NCBI GenBank assembly: GCA_964397755.1
Contig: CAYNJY010000002.1
Location: 15,620 to 79,619, forward strand
Direction of reading: 5' to 3'
DNA length: 64,000 nt
Source of the DNA: an uncultured Gammaproteobacteria bacterium
GTDB lineage: Bacteria; Patescibacteriota; Microgenomatia; UBA10105; UBA927
This document shows positions 1 to 8,208 of the stretch, one piece after another. Position 1 is the stretch's first letter; every line of letters starts with the position of its first letter. Both the position numbers and the translations under genes were made by a program. Below the pieces are notes generated by a model. The model was given only the letters and a program-made list of their open reading frames with translations, searched no databases and had not been told where the DNA came from.

Positions 1-228
1 AGCCATAAGAGGGGACAGGTTGATGTGGGCTGCAAGGTGACCCTTCACGCTAACGGCAAGCGAGATGTTTTCACCGTGGTTGGTGAATGGGAAGCAAATC
101 CTAAGGAGAAAAAGATTTCCCACTCCTCGCCGTTGGGGAAGGCCTTACTCGGCAAAAAAGTTGGAGAGGAAGTAGAGGTTGAGGCTCCGGCTGGCAAACT
201 CCTTTATAAGATATTGCATATCGAGTAG
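1..228 (+). CDS. greA: Transcription elongation factor GreA, C-terminal (FKBP-like) part; 5' end lies outside the window
   Basis: The frame is open from position 1. The C-terminus (SPLGKALLGKKVGEEVEVEAPAG) matches the GreA C-terminal domain pattern. Confidence 0.65.
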   Translation, partial: SHKRGQVDVGCKVTLHANGKRDVFTVVGEWEANPKEKKISHSSPLGKALLGKKVGEEVEVEAPAGKLLYKILHIE

Positions 229-242
229 ATTAGTGGTATAGT
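214..242 (+). promoter_or_regulatory. Sigma70-like promoter (TTGCAT, 17 nt spacer, TATAGT) inside the greA 3' end, driving the lys leader
   Basis: TTGCAT at 214-219 and TATAGT at 237-242 are separated by exactly 17 nt. Confidence 0.4.
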
Positions 243-254
243 TTACGGGTTATT

Positions 255-341
255 ATGAGAAGCCAAATTCGATTTGTACATGACAGCAAAAAAGCTAAGA
301 AACGAACCCATCTGAGGAGGGGAAGTATTTTCGTGGTATAA
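255..341 (+). CDS. Candidate 28-aa leader peptide (MRSQIRFVHDSKKAKKRTHLRRGSIFVV) with four Lys codons in five positions; putative lysine attenuator leader
   Basis: The ATG at 255 to the TAA at 339-341 is an uninterrupted ORF. The Lys-codon cluster AAA AAA GCT AAG AAA sits at 288-302, about 20 nt before an intrinsic terminator. Confidence 0.35.
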   Translation: MRSQIRFVHDSKKAKKRTHLRRGSIFVV

Positions 342-361
342 ATCAATAATTTTTACTCGAG

Positions 362-390
362 AAACCCCTCTTTAGGAAGGGGTTTTTTTT
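362..390 (+). terminator. Rho-independent terminator / attenuator hairpin between greA and lysW
   Basis: The stem aaacccct (362-369) pairs with aggggttt (378-385) around an 8-nt loop, followed by a T-run to 390. The upstream GAGGAGGGG (314-322) can pair with CCCCTCTTT (365-373) as an alternative antiterminator. Confidence 0.6.
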
Positions 391-399
391 GTTGAGGGG

Positions 400-588
400 G
401 TGAAGCATATGCATGCACAATGTCCGATATGTGATGCCGAGTTTGAGATTCTTGGGTCAACCGAGGTCACAGAGATTATAAGTTGCCACGAATGTCAGAA
501 TAAGCTGGAAGTGGCGAGCATTCATAAAGATACCAACAGGGCAGAAGTGAAAGAAGCGCCGAAAATAGAAGAAGACTGGGGAGAGTAA
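400..588 (+). CDS. lysW: LysW amino-group carrier protein (likely ATG start at 409)
   Basis: About 60 aa with an N-terminal Zn-ribbon (CPICD...CHEC) and an acidic C-terminus ending EDWGE, the LysW signature. It lies immediately upstream of lysX. Confidence 0.75.
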   Translation: MKHMHAQCPICDAEFEILGSTEVTEIISCHECQNKLEVASIHKDTNRAEVKEAPKIEEDWGE

Positions 589-601
589 TACAATAACAAC
601 T

Positions 602-1465
602 ATGAGAAAGAAAAAAATACGTATTGGAATACTCCATACCACCATACGTGGCGATGAGAAGTTATTGATCGATGCGGCTCAAAACCGCGCTATCGATCTG
701 TCACTTATTGACGTTCGTGAGCAGGTCTTTGATCCGCTGGTAGAGCGACCTCGTGTGGATATTGTACTGGAGCGATGTGTGTCGACAGTGAAGGGGATGC
801 ACGCGGTGGATTTCTATGAAAGTCTTGGGATACCCGCGGTGAATCCATTGGTCATTGCCAGAACTTGTGAAAACAAGTTCGTGACGTCCCTTGCGCTCGT
901 TCGTCACCAGGTCCCCACACCGCGTTTTGCGCTGGTGTTTGGCGAGGAGCAGGCCAAAAAGGCCGTTGGTGTGATAGGTGGCTACCCGGCGGTCATAAAA
1001 CCGGTGACGGGTTCGTGGGGAAGACTGATTGCCAGGGTAAATGATGAACACGCACTGGAAGCAGTGCTAGAACAGAAGACGATATTGGGTGGACCGCATC
1101 ATCACGCATTTTATATACAGCAGTTTATAGAGAAACCGGGAAGAGATATCCGGATACACGTTATCGGTGGGCGGGCTGTTGCGGCAATATACCGGACGAG
1201 CAGTCATTGGATTACCAACACCGCGCGAGGAGCGGAAGCTATCGCATGTCCGATAGACAAGGATTTGGGAAAAATCGCAAAAAAAGCAGGGGAGGCGATC
1301 GGGGAAGGGGTATTGGGTATTGATGTTTTTGAAACCAGCGGGGGGTACGTCGTGAATGAAGTGAACCACACCATGGAGTTTAAAAACGTCCAGAGGGTTA
1401 CCGGCATTGATATAGCAGGGATTATCCTGGATTATTGCTTGTCCGTCGTACGGAGGCAGCTATGA
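602..1465 (+). CDS. lysX: LysX/ArgX ATP-grasp ligase (RimK family) that loads the substrate onto the LysW C-terminus
   Basis: RimK-like ATP-grasp sequence. It follows lysW directly, and its stop overlaps the argC start as ATGA. Confidence 0.7.
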   Translation: MRKKKIRIGILHTTIRGDEKLLIDAAQNRAIDLSLIDVREQVFDPLVERPRVDIVLERCVSTVKGMHAVDFYESLGIPAVNPLVIARTCENKFVTSLALVRHQVPTPRFALVFGEEQAKKAVGVIGGYPAVIKPVTGSWGRLIARVNDEHALEAVLEQKTILGGPHHHAFYIQQFIEKPGRDIRIHVIGGRAVAAIYRTSSHWITNTARGAEAIACPIDKDLGKIAKKAGEAIGEGVLGIDVFETSGGYVVNEVNHTMEFKNVQRVTGIDIAGIILDYCLSVVRRQL

Positions 1466-2514
1466 AAGGGAAAATCCGCGTTTCTATCATCGGAGGTTCG
1501 GGGTATGCAGGGGGAGAGCTGTTGCGCATTCTTTTATTTCACCCCCATGTGACCATCCATCAGGTGACGTCGCGGCAGTTTGCCAGCGAGTCGGTGAGCC
1601 GTGCACACCCGAATTTGCGCAAAGTCACTGACCTCATCTTTTGCGATATGGATGATCTGGTGCCCTGTGACGTGCTTTTCGTCGCGCTGCCTAATGGCGT
1701 TTCCATGAGTTACATGAAGGAATTTGTGCAAAAGGCCGAGTATATTGTAGATTTGGGAGCAGATTTTCGATTGAAAAATCCAAGCACGTTCGCCCATTGG
1801 TATCGCACCGCGCATCTGCTGCCAGAACTCCTGCCGCGATTTATCTATGGCATCGCAGAACTTCGTAGAAAGGAACTGAAAAAGGCTACATACGCCGCCT
1901 GCGCCGGTTGTGAGGCAACGGTTTCTATTCTGACACTCTATCCGTTGGTGAAACATCGGCTTATCGAGGTTGATCGGATCATCGTCGACGCAAAAATGAG
2001 CAGTTCCCAGGGCGGAAATACGCCGAGCCTTGCATCACACCACCCGGAACGCCACGGAGTCGTCCGGTCATACAAACCCACGGACCACCGCCATAGCGCC
2101 GAGATAGAACAGGAATTGTCCGTTTATGATGATCATATCCGTGTGTCTGTTTCGGCGACGACCATAGAAATGGTGCGGGGGCTTCTCGTCACTATCCATG
2201 TAGTGCCCAAGGGCGATGTCACCGAGAAAGATGTATGGACAGCGTACAGAACGGAATATCAGAACGAGCCATTTATACGAATCGTGAAAGAACGGGAGGG
2301 AATCTACCGTTACCCTGAGCCAAAGCTCCTTATCGGTACAAATTACTGCGATATAGGATTTGCCTTGAGCAAGCGGGAGAACCGGCTGGTGGCCATAGGC
2401 GCCATAGACAACCTTGGGAAAGGAACCGCCGGTCAGGGTGTCCAAGCGATGAATATCATGCTCGGTTTTGACGAACGGGCCGGACTGTCGTTCCCCGGCA
2501 TACATCCGGTGTGA
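1462..2514 (+). CDS. argC: N-acetyl-gamma-glutamyl-phosphate reductase family (LysY/ArgC)
   Basis: An NAD-binding GGSGYAGGELLR N-terminus and ArgC-like length. A GGAGG RBS precedes the ATG at 1462. Confidence 0.8.
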   Translation: MKGKIRVSIIGGSGYAGGELLRILLFHPHVTIHQVTSRQFASESVSRAHPNLRKVTDLIFCDMDDLVPCDVLFVALPNGVSMSYMKEFVQKAEYIVDLGADFRLKNPSTFAHWYRTAHLLPELLPRFIYGIAELRRKELKKATYAACAGCEATVSILTLYPLVKHRLIEVDRIIVDAKMSSSQGGNTPSLASHHPERHGVVRSYKPTDHRHSAEIEQELSVYDDHIRVSVSATTIEMVRGLLVTIHVVPKGDVTEKDVWTAYRTEYQNEPFIRIVKEREGIYRYPEPKLLIGTNYCDIGFALSKRENRLVAIGAIDNLGKGTAGQGVQAMNIMLGFDERAGLSFPGIHPV

Positions 2515-2518
2515 AGCT

Positions 2519-3313
2519 ATGATTATTCTAAAAGTCGGTGGGGGTAAAGCTATGAACTGGGAATATATAGCGGAAGATGTCAACGCCTTGCAAGAGGATG
2601 TGATCATCGTGCATGGAGCCAACGCATATGCCTCAGAGATAGCAGAAAAACTCGGGGTTAAAGAAACAGTTATCATGTCTCCTTCCGGACACACCAGTCG
2701 ATACACGGATAAGGAAGCCATGGATGTTTTGACCATGACGTATGCCGGATTGGTAAACAAGACGATCGTTTCTGTCTTAAGGAGACACAAGATCAATGCG
2801 GTTGGCCTCTGCGGAGCAGACGGCGGGGTTTGGATGGGGAAGAGGAAGCACGCCATTTTATCCCAGGAAAACGGAAAGGTGAAAGTTATCCGTGATTCTC
2901 TGACCGGTAACGTCGAGTCAGTGAATAGGAGTCTTATCATGCTTCTTGTCGATCACAAATATACACCGGTGCTCACGATACCGGCGATCACGCGGGAAGG
3001 GGAGCTTATCAACGTAGACAACGATCGGGCGGTTGCCGTTATGGCCCGGGATTTAGCGGTCAAGAAGATCGTCATGTTGTTTGAGGCGCCGGGATTACTG
3101 CGCGACAGGAGCGACGAATCGACGAAAGTTGCACATATCAGGAAAGATGAGATCGATATGTATATCCATAAGGTAGAGGGAAGGATGCGCAAAAAGCTCC
3201 TCGGTATCAAAGAAGCATTTTTGTTCGGGGTGACCGACGTGTATTTGGGCGACGGCAGGATCGCGCATCCGATCGCGAGTGCTTTGTCCGGTGCCGGAAC
3301 GGTTATCCAATAA
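2519..3313 (+). CDS. argB: Acetylglutamate kinase family (LysZ/ArgB)
   Basis: An amino-acid kinase fold with the N-terminus MIILKVGGG. The listed ORF starts at 2468, but the ATG at 2519 immediately after the argC stop is more likely. Confidence 0.75.
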   Translation: MIILKVGGGKAMNWEYIAEDVNALQEDVIIVHGANAYASEIAEKLGVKETVIMSPSGHTSRYTDKEAMDVLTMTYAGLVNKTIVSVLRRHKINAVGLCGADGGVWMGKRKHAILSQENGKVKVIRDSLTGNVESVNRSLIMLLVDHKYTPVLTIPAITREGELINVDNDRAVAVMARDLAVKKIVMLFEAPGLLRDRSDESTKVAHIRKDEIDMYIHKVEGRMRKKLLGIKEAFLFGVTDVYLGDGRIAHPIASALSGAGTVIQ

Positions 3314-3316
3314 ATT

Positions 3317-4477
3317 ATGAGTGCTTCATCGCCAAAAAATTATTTTGTTGCCTCTTACCCGGATCGGGGTGTCGCGTTTGCCGGTGGCGAGGGCATGTAT
3401 CTTACGGAAAAGAGAGGCACCAAGTACTTGGATTTCGGCAGCAACTACGGCGTGAGTATATTCGGGTATAACCACCCGAGAATTACTCGGGCCCTCTCTG
3501 ACCAGTTGCATCGGCTCGTGAGCCTGCACGGTTCGTTTGGAAACGATGTACGGCAAGAGGCAGCCAGACGCTTGGTCGAGCGTTGCGGCGGAAAGATTTC
3601 CAAGGTGTTTTTTTCTAATTCCGGGTCTGAGGCCATGGAAGCGGCGCTGAAGTTTACTAAACTTTTCACCGGTACCTCACGCTTTGTTGCTTTCCGAAAT
3701 AGCTATCACGGCAAAACGCTCGGTTCCCTTTCCGCCACATCAGGTGAAAAATATCGTCAGGCATTTGAGCCTCTCTTGTGGCACTTTACTCATGTCCAGC
3801 TTGGTGACAAAAAAAGCCTGGAAGAAGCTGTAAAGGGAGAGATCGCCGCGATCATTTTAGAACCAGTACAGGGAGAAGGAGGCCTCTACGCCGCGCCGGC
3901 AGGGTACCTGGAATATCTTCAGGCATTGTGTAGCGAAAGAAACATCCTATTGATTGTTGATGAGATACAATGCGGCACAGGGAGAACCGGCACGTTTTTG
4001 GCAAGCCAGCTGTATGGGCTGGCGCCGGACATCATGTGCCTCGGCAAGGGTATAGCAGGAGGGGTCCCTGTAGGAGTAACATTGGTGAGCGAATCTGTGG
4101 CAGAACGTATTCCTGTTCACGTGCATACCTCCACGTTCGGTGGTAATCCCTTAGCGTGTGCAGGCATCGTCGCCGTGCTTAAAGAGTTTGAAGATGGTGC
4201 GTTACTCAAGCACGTTGGCGATATGGGTGCATATTTTCTCCGGCAACTGAAGACCCTGACTCATCCGAGCATTGTTGACGTACGCGGCGTTGGTCTGATG
4301 CTCGGAATAGAACTGCGTGAGAATGTCACGCCAGTTTTAAAAGCGCTCCAGGATCGTCGCATTATTGCCATTCCCGCCGGGTCGCATATCGTTCGCTTCC
4401 TTCCGCCGTATATCGTCACTAAACAAGATATAGATACGGTTACGGCAGCACTCAAAAACATATTTCAACAGTTGTAA
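3317..4477 (+). CDS. argD: Acetylornithine / LysW-gamma-L-lysine aminotransferase (class III PLP aminotransferase, LysJ/ArgD)
   Basis: A class-III aminotransferase with the motifs GNHPR...DEIQCGTGRTG...LGKG. Confidence 0.8.
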   Translation: MSASSPKNYFVASYPDRGVAFAGGEGMYLTEKRGTKYLDFGSNYGVSIFGYNHPRITRALSDQLHRLVSLHGSFGNDVRQEAARRLVERCGGKISKVFFSNSGSEAMEAALKFTKLFTGTSRFVAFRNSYHGKTLGSLSATSGEKYRQAFEPLLWHFTHVQLGDKKSLEEAVKGEIAAIILEPVQGEGGLYAAPAGYLEYLQALCSERNILLIVDEIQCGTGRTGTFLASQLYGLAPDIMCLGKGIAGGVPVGVTLVSESVAERIPVHVHTSTFGGNPLACAGIVAVLKEFEDGALLKHVGDMGAYFLRQLKTLTHPSIVDVRGVGLMLGIELRENVTPVLKALQDRRIIAIPAGSHIVRFLPPYIVTKQDIDTVTAALKNIFQQL

Positions 4478-4487
4478 TAACGCCACT

Positions 4488-5150
4488 ATGTGTAGGTTTC
4501 TCCTCGTTCGATCCAAAAAAAGGCTGTACCCAGGGACATTGCTCCAGGCATTCGCCGGGATGTGTCAGAAAAGTCACGCGCCGGATGGAGATTGGCAGGG
4601 CGACGGGTGGGGTGTGGCGTGGAAAGAAGGTGATCATTGGCAGCTTATGAAATCTCTCGCGCCGATATGGGAGGAAGAGGATCGTTTTTCCTCTATCGGA
4701 CAATCACATATTTTTGTAGCTCACGCCAGAAGCGCAGGCTTTCCACAGCATAAGGGAGTTCTTGCGTATAACCAACCCTATATTCATAACGAGCTCGCGT
4801 ATGTATTTAACGGCATGATGCGAGGGGTCGCATTGTCGATAAACGTGCCGGGGAATATCGGCGCCCAAAAAATATTCTCCTTAATCGTCAATGCCGCAAG
4901 CAGAAATAGGCCGGACGAATCTTTGTCCTACGTGCGGGATTTACTGCGAAGACATACAAAAAAGACTGAAGGGATGAATATAGGTCTCGTCCTGGGGGAT
5001 ACGCTGTATGCGCTTTGTGATTATGAGAACAATCCTGACTATTTCAGTCTTCGTTACTATGCAGATGAGAAGTTCACCCTGATTTGTTCAGAGCCAATCG
5101 GCGCTTATGAGTGGAGAATTATGGGTAAAGGTGAAATACTTACATTCTAA
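4488..5150 (+). CDS. Class-II (Ntn) glutamine amidotransferase-like hydrolase, EgtC/YafJ-like
   Basis: Starts Met-Cys (MCRFLL), the Ntn nucleophile position. DGWGVAW, HARSAGF and YNQPY resemble the GATase_4/6 / EgtC family. It is the last gene of the lysW operon. Confidence 0.55.
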   Translation: MCRFLLVRSKKRLYPGTLLQAFAGMCQKSHAPDGDWQGDGWGVAWKEGDHWQLMKSLAPIWEEEDRFSSIGQSHIFVAHARSAGFPQHKGVLAYNQPYIHNELAYVFNGMMRGVALSINVPGNIGAQKIFSLIVNAASRNRPDESLSYVRDLLRRHTKKTEGMNIGLVLGDTLYALCDYENNPDYFSLRYYADEKFTLICSEPIGAYEWRIMGKGEILTF

Positions 5151-5188
5151 ATACCTAAAGAGGGTTAGTTTAGTTATAATGGGACTAT

Positions 5189-6640
5189 ATGGTAACCATC
5201 GATGAGTTGAAAAAAACACGTTTGGAAAAACTGGAAGCCCTTAAAAAACGTGGAGTTGATCCGTATCCAGGTAAAGCTTTACGCAAGCAAACCATCAAAG
5301 AGGCGCGTAGCAGTAGGGGAGAGGTTTCCGTGGCCGGTCGGGTGGTGGGGCTCCGCGGGCACGGGAAGATCGTGTTTACGGATTTGACGGATGAGACAGG
5401 GAAAATCCAGTTGGTTTTTAAGGCCGACAGCCTTGATCAAAAGATATATAGCTTCCTTGAGTTCATCGACATCGGTGACTTTCTGGACGTCCAAGGGGAG
5501 GTCGGCAAAACGCAAGCCGGCGAGGTGTCGGTTTTTGCGAAAAACTTCCAGATTATCACAAAGGCCCTTCGCCCCCTGCCTGACCAGTGGTCAGGTTTCA
5601 AAGATGTCGAAGAGCGCTACCGGCAACGCTACGTGGATCTCCTGATGAACCCTGACGTGCGGGAGATTTTCGTCAAGCGAGCCAACGTGATTCGGTTTTT
5701 ACAAGAGTATCTTTACAAAGAAGGGTTCATGGAGGTGGAGACACCGGTTTTACAGTCTATTTACGGCGGAGCCGCGGCTAAGCCATTCACCACCCACCAT
5801 AATGCTTTGGACATCGATTTTTACCTGCGCATTTCCGATGAGTTGTACTTAAAACGATTGATCATTGGAGGATTTGAAAAAGTGTACGAAATCGGCAAAG
5901 ACTTTCGCAACGAAGGCGTCGATCGGAATCACAACCCGGAGTTTACGATGCTTGAGTTTTACTGGGCGTATGCCGATTACGAGAAGCTCATGGAGTTTAC
6001 CGAGGGTATGTTTGCGGCGCTCCTTACGGCAGTGCATGGCTCTCTGGTCCTGGAATATCAAGGAAAGCAGCTTGATTTTACCCCGCCCTGGCCGCGGGTA
6101 ACCTATAGGCAAGCGCTCCTGAAGCACACGGGTATAGATATTGATGAGGCCGATACCGCAGAAAAACTAAAAAAATTCGTCAAAGAGGAGGGGATCGCTT
6201 TTGATGAGAAGAGAACCGTTGGTTACGGGGCGCTCCTTGATGCGCTGTATAAACAAACGACGCGAGCACACCTTGCAGGCCCACTTTTTCTTACCGAGCG
6301 GCCGACAGCCTTTGTCTCGCTGGCTAAACGATTGTCGACTGATCCGCGGAAAACTGCATCCTTTCAGCTTTTGGTTGCCGGCGAGGAACTGATTAATGCG
6401 TACAACGAACTTAACGATCCGCAAGATCAGGCTGACCGCTGGCGGGCGTCCGAGAAACTTGGGAAAAAGGGGCAAAGGGAGCATGAGGCCTTTGATAAAG
6501 ACTATATCCGGGCGCTTGAATACGGTATGCCGCCGACTGCCGGATGGGGACTGGGGATAGATAGGCTAGTCGCTATCTTGACCAATCAACGCTCCATTAA
6601 AGACGTCATCCTGTTTTCTACGCTTCGACCTGAGAAATAA
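5189..6640 (+). CDS. lysS: Lysyl-tRNA synthetase, class II
   Basis: Full length (483 aa) with an N-terminal OB anticodon-binding domain plus the class-II core (FRNEG, GGAAAKPF, GLGIDRL). Confidence 0.9.
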   Translation: MVTIDELKKTRLEKLEALKKRGVDPYPGKALRKQTIKEARSSRGEVSVAGRVVGLRGHGKIVFTDLTDETGKIQLVFKADSLDQKIYSFLEFIDIGDFLDVQGEVGKTQAGEVSVFAKNFQIITKALRPLPDQWSGFKDVEERYRQRYVDLLMNPDVREIFVKRANVIRFLQEYLYKEGFMEVETPVLQSIYGGAAAKPFTTHHNALDIDFYLRISDELYLKRLIIGGFEKVYEIGKDFRNEGVDRNHNPEFTMLEFYWAYADYEKLMEFTEGMFAALLTAVHGSLVLEYQGKQLDFTPPWPRVTYRQALLKHTGIDIDEADTAEKLKKFVKEEGIAFDEKRTVGYGALLDALYKQTTRAHLAGPLFLTERPTAFVSLAKRLSTDPRKTASFQLLVAGEELINAYNELNDPQDQADRWRASEKLGKKGQREHEAFDKDYIRALEYGMPPTAGWGLGIDRLVAILTNQRSIKDVILFSTLRPEK

Positions 6641-6696
6641 CCGCGATACCAATATACCTACCTGCCTGCCGGTAGGCAGGCGAATGTAGACAAGTT

Positions 6697-7263
6697 ATGG
6701 ATAGACAAGAAGCGTATCAACTGGTTACCTCGTGGACGAAGAACCCAAACCTCGTCAAACATATGCTCGCGGTTGAGGCGATCATGCGGGTGCTCGCTCG
6801 GCACTTCGAGGAAGATGAGGAAGTATGGGGGATGGCTGGGCTTCTTCATGATGCGGATTACGAGATGTTTAAGGATATTGATCCCAAGAAGCATCCTTCA
6901 AGGGTTTTTGAAGAACTAGAGAAGCGCCAAGCTGATCCACGAATAATTCAAGCCATCCGAGCCCACGCCTGGGGATGGCGAGACGATTTGCCACAGCCGC
7001 AAACGAAGATGGAGTGGTCGCTTTACTGCTGCGATGACCTTTCGGGCTTCATCATCGCTTGTGCCCTAGTGCGGCCTGACCGGAAACTTGCCTCGTTGAC
7101 TGTTGAGTCTATTCGCAAGAAATGGCCACAGAAGTCCTTTGCTGCGGGTGTGAAACGGGAACAGGTCGAGTTGTGTCAAGAGAAATTAGCCATACCACTG
7201 TCTGAGTTTACAGAGCTCACGCTGGCAGCTATGCAGAGCATCCACGAAGGACTCGGTCTGTAA
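6697..7263 (+). CDS. HD-domain metal-dependent phosphohydrolase
   Basis: Carries an HD motif (LLHDADY) and is about 190 aa. Confidence 0.55.
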   Translation: MDRQEAYQLVTSWTKNPNLVKHMLAVEAIMRVLARHFEEDEEVWGMAGLLHDADYEMFKDIDPKKHPSRVFEELEKRQADPRIIQAIRAHAWGWRDDLPQPQTKMEWSLYCCDDLSGFIIACALVRPDRKLASLTVESIRKKWPQKSFAAGVKREQVELCQEKLAIPLSEFTELTLAAMQSIHEGLGL

Positions 7264-7275
7264 TTTCATGATATC

Positions 7276-7289
7276 ATGTTCTAGAACAT
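7276..7289. promoter_or_regulatory. Palindromic operator-like box ATGTTCTAGAACAT, copy 1, 11 nt upstream of rdgB
   Basis: A perfect 14-bp palindrome. The same 13-mer TGTTCTAGAACAT recurs at 15492-15504. Confidence 0.4.
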
Positions 7290-7299
7290 CGAAACATAA

Positions 7300-7920
7300 A
7301 TGCACAAACTTCTTATTGCAACAACAAATCCCGGGAAATTAGCAGAGATTAAAAGATTTTTGTCTGATCTGGCCCTGGAGCTCGTTAGCCTTAAGGATGT
7401 AGGCATTACTGAAAGAGTCAAGGAGATAGGAAAGACGTTTGAGGAGAACGCTGTCCTTAAGGCAAAATTCTATGCTGAAAAATCGGGTCTCCCTACGCTG
7501 GCTGATGATGGTGGATTTGAGGTTGATGCCCTTGGCGGTGAGCCGGGAGTCAAATCGCATCGCTGGATTCACGGCGATCGCGAAGACGAGGATGAGGAGC
7601 TTATACGGTACACATTTCAGAAAATGAAGGGTTTACCCCGAGCGAAACGAGGTGCCCAATTGCGGTTGGTGCTTGCACTCATACTACCTGATGGATCGAT
7701 CCATACTGTGACCGATGCGGCGCGAGGTGTGATCCCTCTCAAGCCTTCTAACGAGCGCGTTCCCGGTTTTCCGTATCGGTCCATTTTGTATCTTCCCGAT
7801 ATAGGAAAGTTCTACAATCACGATTTGTTAACTGACGAAGAAACAGAGAAGTATAATCACCGCAAACGGGCACTTGATGCATTAAAACCTATACTGCGAA
7901 AGTATTTGACATCAGAATGA
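7300..7920 (+). CDS. rdgB: Non-canonical purine NTP pyrophosphatase (RdgB/Ham1 family)
   Basis: The N-terminus MHKLLIATTNPGKLAE is the Ham1 signature. Confidence 0.8.
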   Translation: MHKLLIATTNPGKLAEIKRFLSDLALELVSLKDVGITERVKEIGKTFEENAVLKAKFYAEKSGLPTLADDGGFEVDALGGEPGVKSHRWIHGDREDEDEELIRYTFQKMKGLPRAKRGAQLRLVLALILPDGSIHTVTDAARGVIPLKPSNERVPGFPYRSILYLPDIGKFYNHDLLTDEETEKYNHRKRALDALKPILRKYLTSE

Positions 7921-7934
7921 TGCATACGTATAAT
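7906..7934 (+). promoter_or_regulatory. Near-consensus sigma70 promoter (TTGACA, 17 nt spacer, TATAAT) launching a roughly 270-nt 5' leader
   Basis: TTGACA at 7906-7911 and TATAAT at 7929-7934 are separated by exactly 17 nt. Confidence 0.55.
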
Positions 7935-7940
7935 ACGTTT

Positions 7941-8208
7941 ATTAACAACGTATAAAAGCGTTTACATACCGAACTTTCCCTCGGTAGAGTCCTTCGACAA
8001 GCTCAGGATGAACTGCTTGAAGGCACGCAGCTTTCCGGAAGTACTACAACAGGAGTATATAAGGAAAGACGGGATTTCCCGTTATAGAAAAAGAGTTATG
8101 TCGCTATTGACGCGGAGTAACTCATGAGGTTAAGCAGGTGACTGCGTAGCAAAGAAAAGTGGCACCACGAGAACACCTCGTCTTTTCATAAAAAGGAGGT
8201 GTTTTTTT
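7941..8208 (+). promoter_or_regulatory. T-box riboswitch-like leader of the histidine-phosphatase + serS operon
   Basis: Antiterminator: helix A1 GAAAAG (8154-59) pairs with CTTTTC (8182-87), a 7-nt bulge UGGCACC sits at 8160-66, and helix A2 ACGAG (8167-71) pairs with CTCGT (8177-81). A competing terminator runs 8173-8208, with stems at 8173-79 / 8196-8202 and inner 8182-86 / 8191-95, followed by U7. Its 3' arm sequesters the AGGAGG SD. Confidence 0.5.

Noticed and set aside
2068-2940. 290-aa minus-strand ORF
   Set aside because: It is antisense to argC and argB and has no recognizable domains.
6655-6682. GC-rich imperfect hairpin (cctgcctgccggtaggcagg) after lysS
   Set aside because: It has no downstream U-tract, so it is weak as an intrinsic terminator.
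8009-8134. 42-codon ORF (MNCLKARSFPEV...) inside the leader
   Set aside because: It has no RBS, falls below plausibility, and lies within a region better explained as structured RNA.
7941-8160. Tested the long leader for SRP RNA, RNase P RNA, tmRNA, tRNA, and glycine or cobalamin riboswitch signatures
   Set aside because: None of the diagnostic motifs (GGUCCGGAAGG-AGCAGC, AGGAAAGUCCGG, a T-loop GGUUCGA, a B12 box) is present. The T-box antiterminator explains the region better.
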